From a virus (lineage: Duplodnaviria > Heunggongvirae > Uroviricota > Caudoviricetes): a stretch of DNA of 23,303 nt. Below are positions 16,710-23,303 of the stretch, piece after piece. The notes beneath the pieces were generated by a model. It was not told the origin of the DNA, did not search any database, and was given only the letters and a program-made list of their open reading frames with translations. The stretch lies in the IMG/VR virus record IMGVR_UViG_2859788636_000006. One strand, given 5' to 3'. The first letter of the stretch is position 1. Each line of letters starts with the position of its first letter. The translations under genes and the position numbers were made by a program.

Positions 16710-17483
16710 TCAGGCGAGATAAGAATGAGGGTTGGGAAAAACGATTTCTTTATAACAGCGACAATTCGGGAGCTCGCCAGCGTGACCGGTCATGCCATCA
16801 AGCGTTGGAGGTTTGCCCCATTCGACAAACTTACCTTCCATCTCCCGATGAGAATGCCGGACGTCGCCATCTTCGGCTGTACGCCAGATATAACCATTCG
16901 AGCCGATTGACAGCGCACGCGCCTGATCGAGCGCGCCGGTTGCACGTCCAAGCTCGGTACGGGCGATAAGGTTCGCTCGTGAGCGTGACACGTCACCGGA
17001 CGCTGCTATCTCTTTCGCGAATGGTTCAGCGCGGCCACCAGCCACAACGGCCTCGATGGCCTTGTTCTGAATGTCATACACCCGATCGGCGGCCTCAAGA
17101 GGCAGTGACTTGATATACTTAATTTGCTCGGCGACGATGGATTTCATCACCTGGCCTACCGGGGCGCGGTCGACCATGTTGCGCAGCTCTGCGCTGATGT
17201 TCCGGCTGTGCTGACGCCACTGCTTTTCATTCTGGCGTGCAATGTCGGCGGTAAAGTTCTCAGCAACCTTCGTCGCCCAGGGGGTGATGATTTCGCTGTA
17301 GCGCTCCAGCGCATCCATTATTTCGGTAACGCTATCATTTGAACCATCGTAGCGCCCATTTACGATATCCCCGACCGCCCGCGCTATCTGCCGTAGGCTC
17401 GTTCGATATCGGATCTCCGCCTGGCGGCTCTGGCGGTTTGTCGCCAAGTTCGCCGATGCCTGGCGGCGCTTCGTCTTCGGCAT
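16710..17483 (-). CDS. Phage head morphogenesis protein (Mu F / SPP1 gp7 family minor head protein)
   Basis: C-terminal region contains RHSHREMEGKFVEWGKPP...HAGELPNCRCYKEIVFP, matching the Phage_Mu_F signature (H...NCRC); GAGGA Shine-Dalgarno before ATG at 17483; 149-nt overlap with the portal 3' end (alternative internal ATG at 17318). Confidence 0.75.
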   Translation of the reverse strand: MPKTKRRQASANLATNRQSRQAEIRYRTSLRQIARAVGDIVNGRYDGSNDSVTEIMDALERYSEIITPWATKVAENFTADIARQNEKQWRQHSRNISAELRNMVDRAPVGQVMKSIVAEQIKYIKSLPLEAADRVYDIQNKAIEAVVAGGRAEPFAKEIAASGDVSRSRANLIARTELGRATGALDQARALSIGSNGYIWRTAEDGDVRHSHREMEGKFVEWGKPPTLDGMTGHAGELPNCRCYKEIVFPNPHSYLA

Positions 17484-18801
17484 TCTCGATATCCTCGTCG
17501 GTAATGGATGCCCCGATGCCGGTGACGTCAGAGTTTTCGCGCAGGTCGGTCATCGCCGCCTTACGCGTCATCAATCCGTCGCCCAGCGCGGTACTAATCG
17601 CGTTGGTGGTGTTTACGGCCACCGTTGATCGGTCAACGTCTGACATTTGCCATAGCGGGTTAAACTCAAACGTGAAATCGTCCGGCAGCGGCTTTCCGAG
17701 TTCCGAGCGGTGCATAATGTCCAGTATCCGGCGCATCGGCAGCCGTAAGCGGCGCTCCTGCAATGAGCTCACCCGGTCGTAATAGTTGGCGAGGTCTGCA
17801 TCACCAGTAGAGAAGCCTTTCGGGGATTGACCGAACAACCGCACCAGCGGGATACCAACGGCACCGCTAATCTGCTCAGCAAACTGCGAAAGAATGTCAT
17901 CCAGACCACTAAAGCTGTACTGGTGGGTTTCGAACTTATCCCGCGAGTCCATGAGCGTCATACCTTCATTGCTCTGGAACTGGCGGATCAGGTCGATGTT
18001 CTTCAGCAACGCCTCGAACGCCGGGCCTCCAAGCGCGATAAGCTCGCGCAACTTCTCCACGCTATAGGTACGCAGATGTGCTTTGTAGACCAGCTGCGCC
18101 GCGCCGACAGTGGCGCTGTCGAACGCAGTAAGCCGATCCCAGATACGCTCTACAACCGACATTCCCCATTCGTTTTCGGTCATCTTCTGCTGGAATGGCA
18201 GCGTCACCCCGTCGAAGCGAATCAGGCGGCTGTGATGGATGCGCCAGGCCGGGATGCCCGTTGCAGTGGTCACCACGTCGTAAAACTCAGGTTTGCCGAG
18301 ATCTGGCCCCATCTCTTTAATGCGGCGGGTCAGGACCGGGTTAATCATCCAGCGGTCGAGCGGGAGAATGCCCTTAAACTTGCCTTCTCCAATGGTTTCG
18401 AGCCGCAGCGGGGTCATTGGTGCCTGCCCCTCGATCATGATGAAGCCGACCGCGCCGCCGTAGAGGCGAGACCATTTCAGCACGTCGTTCAGCGCATCCC
18501 AGATTTGCAACTCATCCAGTTGTGATTCGAGAATGCCACGATCTTTTGCATCAATTTCCGAAGTGATGCGAATGCCTTTGCGGGTCATATCATCCGGGAT
18601 AGCATCGACCGCTTCGCCGATAATCCAGGACGAACGATAGGACCATTCCACCAGCATGCGGTTACGACTGGTGAAATTAGCCCGGTAGGTGGATGCTGAG
18701 TGCTGGTTAGGTGTCTGCATCCCCACGCGGGCAACAAAGTTCTCATAGCCATCAGCGGTGGCCTGTGCCGTTCGCCGCGTGGCTTGTTTGTTTCGTGCCA
18801 T
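17335..18801 (-). CDS. Portal protein (DUF1073-like)
   Basis: 488-aa ORF immediately downstream of the large terminase (overlapping TGATG); size and position typical of a portal; acidic/Pro-rich C-terminal tail. Confidence 0.7.
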   Translation of the reverse strand: MARNKQATRRTAQATADGYENFVARVGMQTPNQHSASTYRANFTSRNRMLVEWSYRSSWIIGEAVDAIPDDMTRKGIRITSEIDAKDRGILESQLDELQIWDALNDVLKWSRLYGGAVGFIMIEGQAPMTPLRLETIGEGKFKGILPLDRWMINPVLTRRIKEMGPDLGKPEFYDVVTTATGIPAWRIHHSRLIRFDGVTLPFQQKMTENEWGMSVVERIWDRLTAFDSATVGAAQLVYKAHLRTYSVEKLRELIALGGPAFEALLKNIDLIRQFQSNEGMTLMDSRDKFETHQYSFSGLDDILSQFAEQISGAVGIPLVRLFGQSPKGFSTGDADLANYYDRVSSLQERRLRLPMRRILDIMHRSELGKPLPDDFTFEFNPLWQMSDVDRSTVAVNTTNAISTALGDGLMTRKAAMTDLRENSDVTGIGASITDEDIENAEDEAPPGIGELGDKPPEPPGGDPISNEPTADSAGGRGYRKWALRWFK

Positions 18802-20423
18802 CAGGCCTGTCTCCCTAGCAGCTCCCAGATGTTCAGGGCTGAATTCATTGGCGCGTAGCTGATCATCACCGAGTCGGCAAGGTTTGGCGACCGGGTTCCA
18901 TCAGGCTGTTTATCAATAACGATTTTTCCCACACCATTAATGGAATAGGTCGGCTGCGAAAGCTCGATGATGAGTTTATCTTTGAGTGCCATGCTACTGC
19001 TGATTGAGATGATTTCGTCCGGGTTGTAATCCATACCTTCAACCACGGCGCGCCAGGTATTCTGAAAAAGTTTACGTAACCGCCACCAGCTCTGGGCTTT
19101 GGCGTTAGCGAAGAAGTCCTTGTTCAGGCGGGCGGCCTGTCCGTTGTCACCGCGCACCGCTTCGTCGTCCGGATCAAATACCGCGCCACTACCTCGAAAC
19201 GGTGTGGCGAGTATTGACGGTCGGCGCGCAGCGTTACGCAGTTCGTTGATAGCGCGTGCATCGCCGCGAACGCCAGCGCCCAACCCGTCCTCGTCAAAGC
19301 GAAACTCTTCGAGGTTGTCCTGTTCGCAAAAGCCGAAAACCTTCTCGACGGACTGATAAATGTCGCTGCCCACACCGGACCATTCCCGCACATTCTCCAG
19401 GAGGAAGCCATGACGGGTGGAAAAGGAATTTTTGTCCCTGCCTTCGTCGGCGACGTCCATCGCGCCCAGTCGCTTGCCTGTTGGCTGGATGCCCAGCTTG
19501 ATATGCGCGTCGACAGCAGCCTGTACCCATTCGGATGGAATCAGGACGCCTTCCGCTGATGCACTGTAGTTCAGGTCAAGTTCCTGTGCCACCACCACCG
19601 GATTGTCGATTTTCTCGCATTCCCTGCGATACCACTCTTCATCCTTGCGAGGATCATCCCGCCAGTGGAATGTGAATACCGGTATCTTCCCGCCATGACG
19701 CTTCTGAGCGAACGGGTTCGCCATGCCGTTAACTGAACTCAGGTCAATACGGCAACGCGTCGTTTGTGACAACGCCGCATCAATCAGCAGAGGACGCTGA
19801 AGGAATGCAGACTCATCAACCAGATAAAGCGTGGTACGGTCACCACGGCCAATATTATCGCCAGCCTCACCTTTGATAACGGCACCAGTTTCAGGAAACT
19901 CAACGCGCATGTATGGTGCGTGCTTCTTTTCGTCCCACGAACCTCGAAACTCTACAGGTAGTGTTTCCACGAACTTGCGCGCCTTCCAGAACAATGCTTT
20001 CGGGTCACCGGTGCTGTCGACGTATTCCTCTTTACGGGAGCCGAAACCGATAACCATTTCTTTGTTGAAGAGACAAAGCGAGCATGCCAGCCCGATCGCG
20101 GTCCAACTGAGCCCCATTTCACGGGATTTTTCGGTAATACCATTCTCCCGATTACCCCAGCGTTCCATAATCCAGTGGATCCACTCCTCCTGCTTAGGGA
20201 AGAGTAAAAACGGAATGGTCACCGGCAGGCCATAATCAATATTACGCGGGTCCGTTGTCATGCCCCAGTCGATGATGAACTGAGCCGGATTGGTTCGGTA
20301 AAACTGTTTTAGTGCAGGCAATATTTCAGGATTCTGGCGAATGCGCTGTAGGCGTTCCATCCGCCATTCAAAAACCATCTGGTAATCAGGATGTTTAAAA
20401 TCGAAGGGGAATGGTAACGGCAT
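18801..20423 (-). CDS. Terminase large subunit
   Basis: 540-aa ORF following the small-subunit gene with a 2-nt gap; N-terminal ATPase-like region and C-terminal nuclease-like region; canonical position upstream of portal. Confidence 0.8.
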   Translation of the reverse strand: MPLPFPFDFKHPDYQMVFEWRMERLQRIRQNPEILPALKQFYRTNPAQFIIDWGMTTDPRNIDYGLPVTIPFLLFPKQEEWIHWIMERWGNRENGITEKSREMGLSWTAIGLACSLCLFNKEMVIGFGSRKEEYVDSTGDPKALFWKARKFVETLPVEFRGSWDEKKHAPYMRVEFPETGAVIKGEAGDNIGRGDRTTLYLVDESAFLQRPLLIDAALSQTTRCRIDLSSVNGMANPFAQKRHGGKIPVFTFHWRDDPRKDEEWYRRECEKIDNPVVVAQELDLNYSASAEGVLIPSEWVQAAVDAHIKLGIQPTGKRLGAMDVADEGRDKNSFSTRHGFLLENVREWSGVGSDIYQSVEKVFGFCEQDNLEEFRFDEDGLGAGVRGDARAINELRNAARRPSILATPFRGSGAVFDPDDEAVRGDNGQAARLNKDFFANAKAQSWWRLRKLFQNTWRAVVEGMDYNPDEIISISSSMALKDKLIIELSQPTYSINGVGKIVIDKQPDGTRSPNLADSVMISYAPMNSALNIWELLGRQA

Positions 20424-20425
20424 AC

Positions 20426-20980
20426 TTAGCCCATCATTTTTCTATACGCCTCTGCAGCCTGCTCCGGCGTTAAGTTGGTAATTTCTGTTCTGACTGGTCC
20501 TCCGTCAGCACCAGTCACTTCATTTTTGACATTGTCTTTAAACGCCTGAACAGAAACATGACGCCCGAGCAACTCAAGGTTTTTAACCTTATCAGGCCAT
20601 TTGATTTTCTTCAGGAGAGCAGCACTATCTGCTGATGCCATCTCGACGACATCCATTCCTGATAGCGTTGTACGCCACACCTTAGGCCAGTCTTTAATCT
20701 GCTTCAGTTCGCCATTGGCAAGCAGAATGTCAAGCACGTCCATCTGATCGATTTCAGTCAGCCGTCGCAATACATAGGCGGCGTCTATACCTACCTCTTC
20801 ATTGCGTTCAGCCTTTAGCTCAGCAATGCGATCTGCTATGTCAGGTTTTGACAGGTTCTCGCTACCAGTGGCGCGAGCAGTTTTCTCGCTGTAACCCGCC
20901 CTGATAGCTGCCTGAGTGGCGTTTAAATCTTTTAAATATTCCCTGCAGAACAGTTCCTGCTTAGGTGTGAGCTGTTTCAA
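20426..20980 (-). CDS. Terminase small subunit
   Basis: Contains [28 protein letters not shown], a typical TerS HTH signature; preferred start is TTG at 20980 with GGAGG Shine-Dalgarno 6 nt upstream, one nt after the HNH stop (the ORF track extends to 21031). Confidence 0.75.
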   Translation of the reverse strand: MKQLTPKQELFCREYLKDLNATQAAIRAGYSEKTARATGSENLSKPDIADRIAELKAERNEEVGIDAAYVLRRLTEIDQMDVLDILLANGELKQIKDWPKVWRTTLSGMDVVEMASADSAALLKKIKWPDKVKNLELLGRHVSVQAFKDNVKNEVTGADGGPVRTEITNLTPEQAAEAYRKMMG

Positions 20981-20981
20981 A

Positions 20982-21297
20982 TCACACCTCCGAAACATTG
21001 CTCCAATTTCTATGATTAACGATGTCAGCAATCATGGTAGTGGATACGCCATATCTCTTTGCTAAAGACCTAAGCCCATTACCTACACTCCCGCGCACAT
21101 ACTCGCGGCGAATGCAGATGACATCGCACTCTTTTAATTTCGCCATTCCGTTCTTTTCACCTGAACGGTCAGGGTATGAGTTTCTGCCTCGCCTTGACCT
21201 GTCACGATTATTGTCAGCGACAGTACCTATAATCAGATGGTCAGGATTCACGCATGATGGATTATCGCATTTATGCCTAACAACAAGGTCCTTGATG
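20982..21297 (-). pseudogene. HNH endonuclease (HNH_3-type), 5'-truncated by the IS911-like element
   Basis: Translation contains RHKCDNPSCVNPDHLIIGT (HNH_3 signature) and a C-terminal HTH-like region; the reading frame continues into the IS inverted repeat at 21298, so the native N-terminal half is missing. Confidence 0.7.
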
Positions 21298-21366
21298 TGA
21301 AGTGGCACACTGAATTTGGCCACCTGAACAGAGGTGATATGCTCACCTCAGAACAACACAGGTGCT

Positions 21367-22538
<1,172 letters not shown>

Positions 22539-22547
22539 CCACTTCAA

Positions 22548-23303
22548 ATCCGAAGAAAATTGCCGGACAAACCGCTCGCTGACATATCAACGAAAGAGGT
22601 GGCAGCAATGCTAAACACCTACGTAGCAGAAGGTAAAGCGGCTTCCGCAAAATTAATCAGGTCAACCCTTGTTGACGTTTTTCGTGAGGCAATAGCCGAG
22701 GGGCATGTAGCAACGAATCCGGTAACAGCAACCCGCACAGCAAAGTCAGAAGTAAGGCGCTCAAGGCTGACAGCTAATGAGTATGTCGCGATTTACCATG
22801 CAGCCGAACCTCTCCCAATCTGGCTGAGGCTAGCAATGGATTTGGCTGTCGTTACAGGGCAGAGAGTCGGCGATTTGTGCAGAATGAAATGGTCAGACAT
22901 AAACGACAACCATCTTCACATTGAACAGAGCAAAACAGGGGCTAAGCTCGCCATTCCGCTGACGCTAACGATTGACGCGCTCAATATCTCATTGGCTGAT
23001 ACACTACAGAAATGCAGGGAGGCCAGCAGCAGTGAAACTATAATCGCATCAAAGCATCACGATCCGCTTTCCCCGAAAACAGTATCGAAGTATTTTACAA
23101 AGGCGAGAAATGCATCAGGACTCTCATTTGATGGAGACCCGCCAACATTCCATGAACTGCGTAGCCTGTCGGCGAGGCTATACCGTAATCAGATTGGCGA
23201 TAAGTTTGCTCAACGTCTTCTCGGACATAAATCAGATTCAATGGCGGCGCGGTATAGGGACAGCCGTGGACGGGAATGGGACAAAATTGAAATCGACAAA
23301 TGA
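22548..23303 (+). pseudogene. int: Lambda-like tyrosine integrase, 5'-truncated by the IS911-like element (catalytic domain only)
   Basis: Translation (IRRKLPDKPLADISTKEVAAMLNTYVAEGKAASAKLIRSTL...HELRSLSARLY...LLGHKSDSMAARYRDSRGREWDKIEIDK) closely parallels phage lambda Int from about residue 110 to the C-terminus; frame is open back to the IS end; the N-terminal arm-binding domain is absent. Confidence 0.9.

Noticed and set aside
17827-18525. 232-aa plus-strand ORF antisense to the portal gene
   Set aside because: Fully embedded in the portal coding region; no recognisable motif or translational signals; likely spurious.
22547-23303. Search for an att core or tRNA adjacent to the integrase
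   Set aside because: The window ends at the int stop codon; no tRNA-like sequence or att repeat is visible inside the window, so none is reported.

Overview
This window reads as a decayed tailed-prophage remnant (contractile-tail phage) bounded and disrupted by insertion sequences, probably in an Escherichia/Shigella-type genome (IS1, an IS911-like IS3-family element and a lambda-like integrase fragment support this). Left to right: a partial IS1 (1-753, cut by the window edge) inserted into the 3' end of a tail-fibre assembly gene; then about 20 kb of late genes, all on the minus strand and tightly packed, running from terminase (right) through portal, head, neck, sheath, tube, tape measure and baseplate to tail fibre (left); then a complete IS911-like element (21298-22546) that truncates an HNH endonuclease gene on one side and a lambda-like integrase gene on the other. 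No replication, regulation or lysis genes, tRNAs, CRISPR arrays or att site are visible. The most unusual part is a low-GC insert between the baseplate hub and spike genes (about 4830-5710). It carries the only confident plus-strand gene in the structural block (a small membrane-anchored protein with a DUF4236-like N-terminal motif), a signal-peptide protein of unknown family, and two intrinsic terminators. Other points worth follow-up are a predicted -1 frameshift in the tail assembly chaperone, a hix/gix-like invertase site inside the tail-fibre gene, and an IS911 junction without target-site duplication. All family assignments are from reading the translations and recalling motifs; no database search was run.
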